This document shows, piece by piece, positions 10,020 to 20,100 of a DNA stretch of 64,000 bases. The DNA is from a virus. The notes beneath the pieces are model-generated. The model ran no database searches, was not told the origin of the DNA, and was given only the letters and a program-made list of their open reading frames with translations. The DNA lies in the IMG/VR virus record IMGVR_UViG_3300008262_003578; one strand, given 5' to 3'. Made by a program: the position numbers and the translations under genes. Position 1 is the stretch's first letter. Each line of letters begins with the position of its first letter.

Positions 10020-11420
10020 ATGAGTTCTAAGAAAAATTTTGATTATTTAGGTAGCAGTTTTCAGCTACAATTATTAAACCAAATTATTGTTGATAAGGAT
10101 TTTGCGAGGTCCATAATTGATGTGATTGAGGTTAGTTATTTTGAGAACAAATACTTCAAATTAATTATGCAAATGATTAAGGAGTATTACTCAAAATACG
10201 AACATACACCAACATACGACACATTGGAACAGATTACAAAATCTGAATTACAACAAGAGTTGGCGTCTAAAATGGTTATTGATACCATTAAAAAAATTAA
10301 AGAGGTTCCCGTTGAAGGTGGGGACTTTGTACAAGACAAAGCAATGAAGTTTTGTAAACAACAAGAACTTCAAAAGGTAATGAACAAAGCTCAAAAAATC
10401 ATTGATGGTGGTGAGTTTGAAAACTACGACAAAGTAGAACAATTAGTAAGAACCGCATTACAAGTTGGGGAGAGAGAAGATGGTATGCAAGATGTCTTCT
10501 CTGAGTTGGAAGAGGTGTTGAATGAAGATTACAGACACCCAGTCCCTATGGGAATTGCGGGTATTGACAGATTGTTAAAAGGTGGTTTGGCTAAAGGTGA
10601 AATTGGTGTCGTGTTGGCACCAACAGGTGTGGGTAAATCAACCTTACTTACAAAAATCTCAAACAATGCATTTAATTTAGGATATAATGTCCTTCAAATA
10701 TTTTTTGAAGATAACCCTAAGATTATCCAAAGAAAACACATAACTTTGTGGACTAAAGTTCACCCTGATGAATTGTCAGTTAAAAAAGATGAGGTTATGA
10801 CTAAAGTGAAGGAGATAAAAGATAAGATGGAAAACAAACTTATCTTGAAAAAATTACCTTCGGATACTATGAGTATGTTACAAATCAAAAACCAAATCAG
10901 AAAAATGATTGCTGACGGAACAAAGATTGATATGGTTCTTTTGGATTATATTGATTGTGTTCTACCTGACAGACAAAATGGTGATGAGTGGAAATCTGAG
11001 GGTTCAGTAATGAGGTCTTTTGAAGCGATGTGTCATGAACTTGACTTGGTAGGTTGGACGGCAACACAAGGTAATAGAAGTTCTATTTCATCTGAGGTTG
11101 TAACCACAGACCAAATGGGTGGGTCAATTAAGAAAGCACAAGTGGGTCACGTTATCATATCGGTAGCAAAAACACTACAACAAAAGGAGATGAAGTTGGC
11201 AACTATTGCCATCACTAAATCTCGTATTGGTGATGATGGTGTTGTTTTTGAAAACTGTAAGTTTGATAACGGGATGTTGGAAATTGACACTGAAACATCA
11301 GTAACATTCTTAGGTCTTGAAGAACAACAAGAGGAAAGAAACAGACAACGAATCAAGGATTTGATGGAAAGAAGAAAAGAAAAGAAAACTAACGAAAACA
11401 AAGAAGATAAATCGGAATAA
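10020..11420 (+). CDS. dnaB: DnaB/gp41-like replicative helicase
   Basis: Walker A APTGVGKS, Walker B VLLDYID, TATQGNR and KSR motifs. Confidence 0.92.
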   Translation: MSSKKNFDYLGSSFQLQLLNQIIVDKDFARSIIDVIEVSYFENKYFKLIMQMIKEYYSKYEHTPTYDTLEQITKSELQQELASKMVIDTIKKIKEVPVEGGDFVQDKAMKFCKQQELQKVMNKAQKIIDGGEFENYDKVEQLVRTALQVGEREDGMQDVFSELEEVLNEDYRHPVPMGIAGIDRLLKGGLAKGEIGVVLAPTGVGKSTLLTKISNNAFNLGYNVLQIFFEDNPKIIQRKHITLWTKVHPDELSVKKDEVMTKVKEIKDKMENKLILKKLPSDTMSMLQIKNQIRKMIADGTKIDMVLLDYIDCVLPDRQNGDEWKSEGSVMRSFEAMCHELDLVGWTATQGNRSSISSEVVTTDQMGGSIKKAQVGHVIISVAKTLQQKEMKLATIAITKSRIGDDGVVFENCKFDNGMLEIDTETSVTFLGLEEQQEERNRQRIKDLMERRKEKKTNENKEDKSE

Positions 11421-11421
11421 T

Positions 11422-12369
11422 ATGGAAAAAATACTTAAAGAAAACCCTGGTAGGTTCGTTATTTTCCCAATTGAACACAATGACATTTGGGAATTCTACC
11501 AACAACATCAAGCGGCGTTTTGGACCGCTGAAGAAGTAGACTTAACTGATGATATTAGAGATTGGAATAAATTGTCTGAAAATGAACAATATTTTGTCAA
11601 AAATGTGTTATCATTTTTTGCCGCTTCTGATGGTATTGTTAATGAAAACTTGGCTGAGAACTTCTATAGAGAGGTACAGTACCCTGAAGCTAAGTTCTTC
11701 TACGGAATGCAACTTGCTATGGAAAACATTCACTCGCTGATGTATTCTCTTTTAATAGATACTTATATTAATAATCCGAAGGAAAAAGATGAATGTTTCA
11801 ACGCAATTGATAGGTTACCAGCGGTTCAGAAGAAAGCGAAATGGGCACTTGATTGGATTGAAAACGCATCGTTTCAGGAGAGATTGGTGGCCTTTGCAGC
11901 GGTTGAAGGGATATTCTTTTCAGGTTCTTTTTGTTCAATTTTTTGGTTAAAGTCAAGAGGTGTTATGCCAGGTTTATGTAACGCTAATGCTCTTATCTTT
12001 AAAGATGAAAACTTACATTGTGATTTTGCAATTCATTTGTTAAACCACCATGTTGAGAACAAACCAAGTGAGAAAAGAATTAAAGAAATTTTGTTATCGG
12101 CTTTGGAAATTGAGAAGGAGTTTATCACTGAATCATTACCTGTATCATTGATTGGGATGAACTCTAACTTAATGAAACAATATCTTGAGTTTGTGGTTGA
12201 TGGATTACTTGTTAAATTTGGATGTAAAAAACAATTTAATGTTGAACAACCATTTAAATTTATGGAACAGATTGCGGTTGAGACAAAAGGTAATTTCTTT
12301 GAATCAAGAACTGTGGAGTACCAAAAAGCAAAACTGAACGAAACTATTACTTTTACGGACGATTTTTAA
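11422..12369 (+). CDS. nrdB: Ribonucleotide reductase class Ia beta subunit
   Basis: [20 protein letters not shown] (radical Tyr), [15 protein letters not shown] di-iron motifs. Confidence 0.97.
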   Translation: MEKILKENPGRFVIFPIEHNDIWEFYQQHQAAFWTAEEVDLTDDIRDWNKLSENEQYFVKNVLSFFAASDGIVNENLAENFYREVQYPEAKFFYGMQLAMENIHSLMYSLLIDTYINNPKEKDECFNAIDRLPAVQKKAKWALDWIENASFQERLVAFAAVEGIFFSGSFCSIFWLKSRGVMPGLCNANALIFKDENLHCDFAIHLLNHHVENKPSEKRIKEILLSALEIEKEFITESLPVSLIGMNSNLMKQYLEFVVDGLLVKFGCKKQFNVEQPFKFMEQIAVETKGNFFESRTVEYQKAKLNETITFTDDF

Positions 12370-12387
12370 TAAAAGATTTATTTAATT

Positions 12388-14799
12388 ATGATGTCATTAC
12401 GAATTAAAAAAAGAGGTGGAGATGAGGTCTCATTTAATCCACAAAAAATTTACAATAGGGTTAAAAGAGCCTCAAAAGGATTGAACGTCAATTCAGATGA
12501 GATTTTTATCAAAGTAATAACTTCAGTTCCAACTGAAGGATTTATTACAACAAAGGAGTTGGATAAATTGGTATACGAAATTGCGGCTTCATTTACTGGT
12601 AGTCATCACGACTATTCAAGATTAGCATCCTCCGTGGCTATTTCTTCATATCACAAAGATACTAATGAAAGTTTTTCTATTACAATGAAACGACTTAACG
12701 ATGAAGGAGTTGTTCACAATGAATTAATTAGAAAAATAGATGAGTATGGTGCTGAAAAAATTGATTCAGTTATCAATCACGAAAACGATTATCAGTTTGA
12801 TTACTTTGCTTGGAAAGCATTACAAGAGATGTATTTACTTAAATTACCTAATGGTAAGGTAATTGAGAGACCTCAACACATGTATATGAGGATTGCTTTA
12901 TGGGTTACAGAATCTTATGAAGAGGCAATGGATTACTACACATCGTTATCAGAACAAAGAATCTCAAAAGCAACCCCAATCATGATTAATTCAGGAACTT
13001 TGATTCCTCAATTAGCGTCTTGTGTATTACATTACAACAATTCGGATTCAAGAAATGGGTTATTGGGAACTATGAATGATATATCTACTTATTCATCTGA
13101 TGCTGCGGGTATTGGTCTTTGTATGTCAAACCAAAGAAGTAAAGAAAGTCGTATTACGACATCAGGTGGATATGCTGGAGGGTTGTTAAAATATCTTAAA
13201 ATTGTAAATGAATCATTGAGATTCTTTAATCAACAAGGTAGGAGACCTGGTAGTGCCGCTATCTATATTGAACCTTGGCATAAAGATATTTTTGACCTAT
13301 TGGATATCAAAAAGAACACTGGTAAAGAGGAATTAAGAGCGAGAGATTTGTTTACGGCACTATGGATTCCTGACAATTTTATGAGGGCGGTAAAGAGTAA
13401 CGAGGATTGGTATTTGTTTTGCCCTAATGATATTCTTAAATCAGGTATTAAACCACTACAAGAATGTTATGGTGATGAGTATGAAGAAAATTATAGAAGA
13501 GCGGTTGAATTAGGTTTAGGTAAAAAAGTTAAGGCTCAAGAAGTTTGGAATAAAATTATTGAATCCCAAGTAGAAACAGGTGTTCCTTATTTATGTTCTA
13601 AAGATAACGCTAATAAGAAAACGAACCATCAAAACATTGGGGTTATTAAACAGTCAAACTTGTGTAATGAGATTTACCAATATACTGATGAGGAAACTAC
13701 GGCAATCTGTACATTATCATCAATGGTATTGAAGAACTTCATTATTGATGGTAAATTTGATTTTAAATTATTACATAATGAAGTTAGAAAAGTTGTTAAA
13801 ACACTTAACAAAGTGATTGACATCAATAGTTATTCAACCGAGAAAGGACGTAAAGGTGGTTTAGAACAAAGAGCAATTGCGATTGGAACGCAAGGTCTTG
13901 CAGATGTATTCTTTATTATGGATTATATGTTCACATCTGAACAAGCAAGACAATTGAATAAAGATATCTTTGAAACAATTTATTTTGCAGCTATTACCGA
14001 AAGTATGGAATTGTGTAAGTCAGGTAAATATAAACCTTATGATTTCTTTAATGGTTCACCAATGTCAAAAGGTATTTTCCAATTTGATATGTGGGGATTA
14101 ACTGAAAGTGATTTGTTTTGGGATTGGTCACAACTTAAAGAAGATGTTAAGAAATATGGGGTTTGTAACTCACTATTCACGGCTCAAATGCCTGTTGCAT
14201 CTTCGGCTAAGATAACAGGTTCATATGAAATGACTGAACCCGCACACTCAGCTATTTTTAACAGACGAGTTGTTGGAGGTGAAATTATGATTGTTAACAA
14301 ATACTTAATTAATGACTTTGAAAAGATTGGTATTTGGGGTGAAGACTTAAAGAACGAAATCATATTCAACGAAGGGTCAATTCAGAATATTAATTTTAAT
14401 AACTATTTGGACCAAGAAGATAAAAAGTATAATTTCAAAGTTAAAAGAATTGAACACCTAATTAAAAAGTATAAAACTATTTGGGAGATTTCACAACGAG
14501 AATTAATTGATATGTGTGCGGATAGGGCTCCATTTATTGACCAATCACAGTCAATGAATATATATATGTCAAATCCAACACTATCAAAAATTACCTCATC
14601 TCATTTCCATTCATGGGAAAAAGGATTGAAAACTCTTTGTTATTATGTAAGAACAAAGGCAATATCAACGGGGGCTAAACATTTGGCGATAGATGTTTCC
14701 AAAATGGAAAAACCCAACAAAACAGAAAAACCTACTGTTGAGGTTTTACCACAAAAACCTACGGACTCTGAGTTTGAATGTTTTGGATGTTCGGCATAA
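12388..14799 (+). CDS. nrdA: Ribonucleotide reductase class Ia alpha subunit with ATP cone
   Basis: N-terminal ATP cone (IKKRGG), PQLASC, SNLCNEI active site, MPVASSA, YYVRT, C-terminal CFGCSA redox pair. Confidence 0.97.
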   Translation: MMSLRIKKRGGDEVSFNPQKIYNRVKRASKGLNVNSDEIFIKVITSVPTEGFITTKELDKLVYEIAASFTGSHHDYSRLASSVAISSYHKDTNESFSITMKRLNDEGVVHNELIRKIDEYGAEKIDSVINHENDYQFDYFAWKALQEMYLLKLPNGKVIERPQHMYMRIALWVTESYEEAMDYYTSLSEQRISKATPIMINSGTLIPQLASCVLHYNNSDSRNGLLGTMNDISTYSSDAAGIGLCMSNQRSKESRITTSGGYAGGLLKYLKIVNESLRFFNQQGRRPGSAAIYIEPWHKDIFDLLDIKKNTGKEELRARDLFTALWIPDNFMRAVKSNEDWYLFCPNDILKSGIKPLQECYGDEYEENYRRAVELGLGKKVKAQEVWNKIIESQVETGVPYLCSKDNANKKTNHQNIGVIKQSNLCNEIYQYTDEETTAICTLSSMVLKNFIIDGKFDFKLLHNEVRKVVKTLNKVIDINSYSTEKGRKGGLEQRAIAIGTQGLADVFFIMDYMFTSEQARQLNKDIFETIYFAAITESMELCKSGKYKPYDFFNGSPMSKGIFQFDMWGLTESDLFWDWSQLKEDVKKYGVCNSLFTAQMPVASSAKITGSYEMTEPAHSAIFNRRVVGGEIMIVNKYLINDFEKIGIWGEDLKNEIIFNEGSIQNINFNNYLDQEDKKYNFKVKRIEHLIKKYKTIWEISQRELIDMCADRAPFIDQSQSMNIYMSNPTLSKITSSHFHSWEKGLKTLCYYVRTKAISTGAKHLAIDVSKMEKPNKTEKPTVEVLPQKPTDSEFECFGCSA

Positions 14800-14815
14800 G
14801 AAAAAAATAACTTAC

Positions 14816-14845
14816 AAAACTCTCGGCACTGTCGGGAGTTTTTTA
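14816..14845 (+). terminator. Intrinsic terminator after nrdA
   Basis: aaaactctcggc-act-gtcgggagtttt hairpin followed by a T-run. Confidence 0.8.
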
Positions 14846-14892
14846 TTTTATATGTATTTATTGAAAATATTATAACATTATATTTATATAAT

Positions 14893-15348
14893 ATGGCAGA
14901 TGGGATTACATATGGTATAAATTTTCCTTTTAGAGATTCGTTTGATGGTAAATATTTGGATTTATCTGTTACCAATGACGAAGAAATCAGGTCTAATTTA
15001 ATTCACCTTTTATTAACAAGAAAAGGTACTAGATATTATTTACCTGATTTTGGAACTAGATTATATGAATTTATTTTTGAACCATTAGATGGTCCCACAT
15101 TTTCCGACATTGAATCTGAAATTAGAGACTCGGTTGAACAATATATACCTGAATTAAAAATAACTAATATATCAATTAAAGCCGCTTCAGAAGGTGAAGA
15201 AGATAAAGGAACATTTATTGAAAATGATGAACGAGTATTTAGAGTACCTGGAATATCTGAAAAAGAACATACCGCAAAAGTTAGGATAGATTATATTGTT
15301 ACTAACGAAGCATTTAACGCGAGTGATTTCGTGATTATTAACATTTAA
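14893..15348 (+). CDS. Baseplate wedge subunit gp25-like
   Basis: IRSNLIHLLLTRKGTRYYLPDFGTRLYEFIFEP is the gp25/GPW motif. Confidence 0.92.
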   Translation: MADGITYGINFPFRDSFDGKYLDLSVTNDEEIRSNLIHLLLTRKGTRYYLPDFGTRLYEFIFEPLDGPTFSDIESEIRDSVEQYIPELKITNISIKAASEGEEDKGTFIENDERVFRVPGISEKEHTAKVRIDYIVTNEAFNASDFVIINI

Positions 15349-15352
15349 AATT

Positions 15353-15928
15353 ATGGCAAATAAAAAAATATCGTATACAACTAGAGATTTCCAATCAATT
15401 AGGACTGAGTTAGTTAATTTCACTAAAATTTATTATCCTGATTTAGTTGAAAATTTTAATGACGCTTCGGTATTCTCAGTATTACTTGATTTAAATGCGG
15501 CTGTTACTGACAACCTACAATTTAATATTGACAGAAGTATTCAGGAGACGGTATTACAATACGCACAACAACCATCATCAATCTTTAATATTGCAAGAAC
15601 TTATGGTTTAAAAATACCAGGTCAAAGACCTTCTGTTGCATTAGTTGATTTCTCAATTACGGTACCAGCATTAGGTGATAAAGAAGATTTAAGATATTGT
15701 GGTATATTAAGAAGAGGGTCACAAGTTAATGGTGCGGGGCAGTCATTTGAAACTGTATATGATATTGATTTTGCGTCACCTACTAATTCCGAAGGTTATC
15801 CTAATAGATTAAAGATACCTAATTTTAATTCAGATAACAAGTTAGAAAATTACACTATTGTTAAACGAGAAACCGTTGTTAATGGGTATTACAAGTGTTC
15901 TATTAAAAGACGGAACTCAATATACTAA
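15353..15928 (+). CDS. Baseplate wedge gp6-like, N-terminal fragment (frameshifted)
   Basis: YTTRDFQSIRTELVNF...IDRSIQET...IARTYG matches the gp6/baseplate-J N-terminus; the last ~13 codons (YYKCSIKRRNSIY) look out of frame. Confidence 0.8.
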   Translation: MANKKISYTTRDFQSIRTELVNFTKIYYPDLVENFNDASVFSVLLDLNAAVTDNLQFNIDRSIQETVLQYAQQPSSIFNIARTYGLKIPGQRPSVALVDFSITVPALGDKEDLRYCGILRRGSQVNGAGQSFETVYDIDFASPTNSEGYPNRLKIPNFNSDNKLENYTIVKRETVVNGYYKCSIKRRNSIY

Positions 15929-17105
15929 TGTACCAACACCACAAGAATTTTTAGGGTTAGATAATAGATGGTATGAGGTTAGTGCATTAGCTGAAGATAG
16001 AGTTTTTGTTGAAGACCCCACTAAAGTATCTGATAAACCTGGTATAAAGGTTGGTAAATACATACAAACAAGTACTAAATTTATTACAGAATATACACCT
16101 GAAGGTTTCTTAAAAATGACATTTGGTGGAGGTAGTCAATCGGCGGATGAACAATTAAGAGAATTTGCTAGAAATGGATTTAAATTAGACTTATATAAGT
16201 ATTCTAATAATTTAGCGTTAGGAAGTACTTTAAAAGGTAACTCAACTTTGTTTATACAATATAGAGTTGGTGGTGGAACTGGTAGTAATTTAGGTGTTAA
16301 TGTTATTACTCAAATTGGAACTGTTTCTTTCTTTGTAAATGGACCTTCACAATCATTTAATACTACGGTAGTTAATTCACTAAGTTGTACTAATGTTACT
16401 GCTGCAATTGGAGGCGCTAATTTCCCAACAATGGAGGAGGTTAGAAATTTGGTCGGATTTAACTTTTCATCTCAAAAAAGAGCCGTAACGGTTAACGATT
16501 ATGATTCATTAATTAGAACAATGCCTTCACAGTTTGGGGCACCTGCTAAAGTTGCCATCACAGAAGAAAATAATAAAATAAAAATACAAATGTTGGCGTA
16601 TGATGAGTCAGGTAGTCTGACTGAAATCCTATCAAATACGTTAAAAAATAATGTTGCCAATTACCTTTCAAATTATAGAATGATTAATGACTATATTTCT
16701 GTTGAATCTGCTAATGTTATTGATTTAGCTTTAAACATTGATGTGGTGTTGGATAACAGTCAGACTCAGGGAGCCGTTATTTCACAAATAATTAATTTAG
16801 TTTCTGATTATTTTGACCCAATTAATTTACAAATGGGTCAAAATGTTAATATATCTGAAATTAGAAAAGAGATTCAAAATCAAAATGGGGTTATTAGTGT
16901 ATCTGACATTAAAGTCTTTAATAAGGTTGGTGGACAATATTCATCATCCCAAACATCCCAAAGATATATTGATAGCACAACTAAAGAGATTGAATTAATT
17001 GATGACACAATATTTGCGGAACCCAATCAAACTTACCAAATCAGGTACGCAAATAAAGACATTAATGTTAGAGTTAAAAATCTATCTACCGTTAATTTCA
17101 GTTGA
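15858..17105 (+). CDS. Baseplate wedge gp6-like, C-terminal fragment (+1 frame)
   Basis: YRVGGGTGSN, AAIGGA, QKRAVTVNDY motifs of gp6; continues the previous ORF in another frame from ~15886. Confidence 0.8.
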   Translation: MLNEKPLLMGITSVLLKDGTQYTNVPTPQEFLGLDNRWYEVSALAEDRVFVEDPTKVSDKPGIKVGKYIQTSTKFITEYTPEGFLKMTFGGGSQSADEQLREFARNGFKLDLYKYSNNLALGSTLKGNSTLFIQYRVGGGTGSNLGVNVITQIGTVSFFVNGPSQSFNTTVVNSLSCTNVTAAIGGANFPTMEEVRNLVGFNFSSQKRAVTVNDYDSLIRTMPSQFGAPAKVAITEENNKIKIQMLAYDESGSLTEILSNTLKNNVANYLSNYRMINDYISVESANVIDLALNIDVVLDNSQTQGAVISQIINLVSDYFDPINLQMGQNVNISEIRKEIQNQNGVISVSDIKVFNKVGGQYSSSQTSQRYIDSTTKEIELIDDTIFAEPNQTYQIRYANKDINVRVKNLSTVNFS

Positions 17106-17175
17106 TAATTTATTTTTATTCATAATCATCTATTTTTAAAAATAGTATATAAACTATTTATGTTAAAAGATTATT

Positions 17176-20100
17176 ATGTCAAATTCTTATAGGATAAGAA
17201 CAACACCTGGGGTAGATAAATCAATTAAAGTATTAATAGACCAAGAATTTGAGTATCTTGAGATATTATCTCTTAAAATATTAAAAGACCAAATCTACAC
17301 AAGACAGTGCTCAGATTATGGTGTGGTTATTGGTCGTATTAGCGTTAATAATGGTCTTGGAATTCCTAATGCGAAGTTATCTGTTTTTATTCCTTTAAGC
17401 GAAGAGGATTCAACAAATCCAATAATATCAGAAATTTACCCATATAAAACTGTTACAGACCAAAATGAAGATGGGTATAGATATAATTTATTACCATATA
17501 TACCATCATATAACGGACACGTACCTACAGGAACATTTTTTGAAAGGGATGATGTTATTTTAGACCAAACATTAATTGAAGTTTATGACAAATATTATAA
17601 GTACACCACAACAACTAATGATAGTGGTGACTTTATGATATTCGGTGTTCCCACTGGTGAACAAACTATTTTTGTTGATATTGATTTGTCCGATATTGGT
17701 GAGTTTTCTCTATCACCAAAAGATTTAATAGACATGGGGGTTACTACTGAGGCAATGGTTGATGGATTTAATTTTAAAGCGTCAACCAATTTAAATTCAC
17801 TACCTCAGATAGTTTCATTTTCACGAAACATTCAAGTAGAGCCATTATGGGGGGAGCCTGAAATATGTAATATAGGTATAACTAGAACTGATTTTGATAT
17901 AACTAGGGAAACTAATGTACAAATAACACCATCGGCTATTTTTATGGGTTCAGTAATTTCTGATGTTGATATGTCCGCAATTAAAACGGGGTGCAAAGTT
18001 AATAAAAAAATGGGGAATCAATGTTCTCTAATAACAGGTCCTGGTCAAATTAAAAGTATCAGACAAACGATTAATGTTGATAATCAGGGTAGACCTTTAT
18101 TAGAGGAATTTGAATTAGAAAATGGTGGTCAAGTTATAGACGAAAATGGTGCTTGGGTTGTGAACGTACCAATGAATCTTAATTATGTTACAACAAATGA
18201 ATTTGGTGAACAAGTATTATCTGACGATGTGAATGTAGGTGTACCTACTAAAGGAAAATATAGATTTAAAGTTAAATATAATCAGCCACCATCCTTAGAC
18301 GTTTCAATAAAAAGAGGGTATTTTTTAGTACCTAATATACGAGAATACGGGTGGACAAGTTATATTACAACACCAAACGCCTCGGATGTCCAAAGGTCAT
18401 ACGCATTTACCACAAATTGGGATGATTACGGAGATAATATGACAGCATTTGGTCAACAAATGATTAATGATGCGATTAATTGTGAGGATAAGTTTTATGA
18501 GATGAGGTATAATAAAGTATATACCGTATCAAGTCATATAACTGAATATAGAAAAGGTAAATCTAAAAAACGATTTATAGCTATTAAACAAATAACTGAC
18601 GATAAATGTGATTCGGAGGTAGTTAGATTTCCAACCAATGACGCTCAATATGACCCTAATGCTAATTTTACATTATACTCAATTATGATGGGGTTTTTAT
18701 TACCATTTATGTTGATTATGTTAATTGTAATGCATGTTTTAGCGTTTATTGCTTGTTTTGTACTAGCTATTATTGCAACAGTTTTTGTTGTTATTGGTGG
18801 TATTATCTATCTAATTGGGTTGGCTATTGGTTTAATACCAGGTGCTGGTGATTTTGCTGATAAAATAAAGAATGCTGGAAATGCTTTGATTGAAGCGGGT
18901 AATTCCTTGGGTGATTTATGTTATTCATTTAAAATGAGATTTTGTCTTTTAACTTATCCTGATTGTGAACGTTGTGATAAAAATCCTGACGTTAGTTCAG
19001 AGCCATCAACACCACCCTCAAATCCTACGGTAGATTCTCTTAATGAGACTAATGCTGGTTTAGGTAGTGCAGGTGTTCTTAGTAGTTTTTATGATGCGGG
19101 TCAATATAATTGTAATTCTCCTTATGAAAATAAAACTGGCCAAATTTTGGCAGGACTTTCAGATACCTCAATTACAAATAAATCACAAGGGTTAATTAAT
19201 TTAGTTACTATACCACCATCATACTTATTTAGTTCAAGTTTAACTTTGGCGAATAGAATGAATTTATTTAATACTAAGGGTAAATATTTTGACCCAACGA
19301 TATCACCAGGTGGAGGGGTTAATCAAATTAAAGTAACCTTTGATACTAATATCAATAACCCCAACACTACTTGGCATTTAGATAATGTGGTTTGTTTAGT
19401 TGTAGATGATAAAAACATCAGCAAGTTCCAAGTAGGAAAAGTATTAACATTTAATAACCCTACAATATCTAATGACCCAAATTTAACGGGTTCAACTTTA
19501 AATATTTATAGTAATAATGCGATAACAGGAACAACGATAGGTACCCCTACAGCATTTTCAAATATTAATCAATATAATAGAGTTGTTGAATACGCATCAC
19601 CCTCAAACACTGGTAATTTATCGGTAACCTATACATTAACCGCATTTACTGAAGATGTGTTATATGCTAAATATCCTATGGATATTGAGTATTTCCAAGT
19701 TTTACAAATAAAAAAAGTATCCAACTTTATTACGGATTCTACCAATTTATTACCTGATTCATTACCTGAACGTTTTATTAAGAACCCTGCGTATTATTTA
19801 ACAATTGATGATGATAATTGTATGATTCCCGATACTTTGTCACCTGTATCTTGTTATTCGGGGTATAATGAACAAAATATTATATTTTTAGTTAGAGGAG
19901 TTGACCCAAATACAACTAAAACAAAATGTAGATATGATTTAAGTAAACTTTATGGTTATTCGTCATTTGGAAATGCGAGTTCTATTGTTGAGGGTGACTT
20001 CTATCTTAATATACCAATACAAGGTAAATTAAGGAATGTTAAACACGATTCACCGTTGATTATATCTAATAGTTATGCAACCGACGCATACTCAGGACAA

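Noticed and set aside
7509-14799. Introns or inteins in recA, helicase, nrdB, nrdA
   Set aside because: Lengths are normal, motifs are contiguous, and no splice-junction or homing endonuclease signatures are visible.
17130-17145. 16-bp perfect palindrome ctatttttaaaaatag
   Set aside because: Almost entirely A/T in an AT-rich intergenic stretch, single copy; cannot be told apart from chance.
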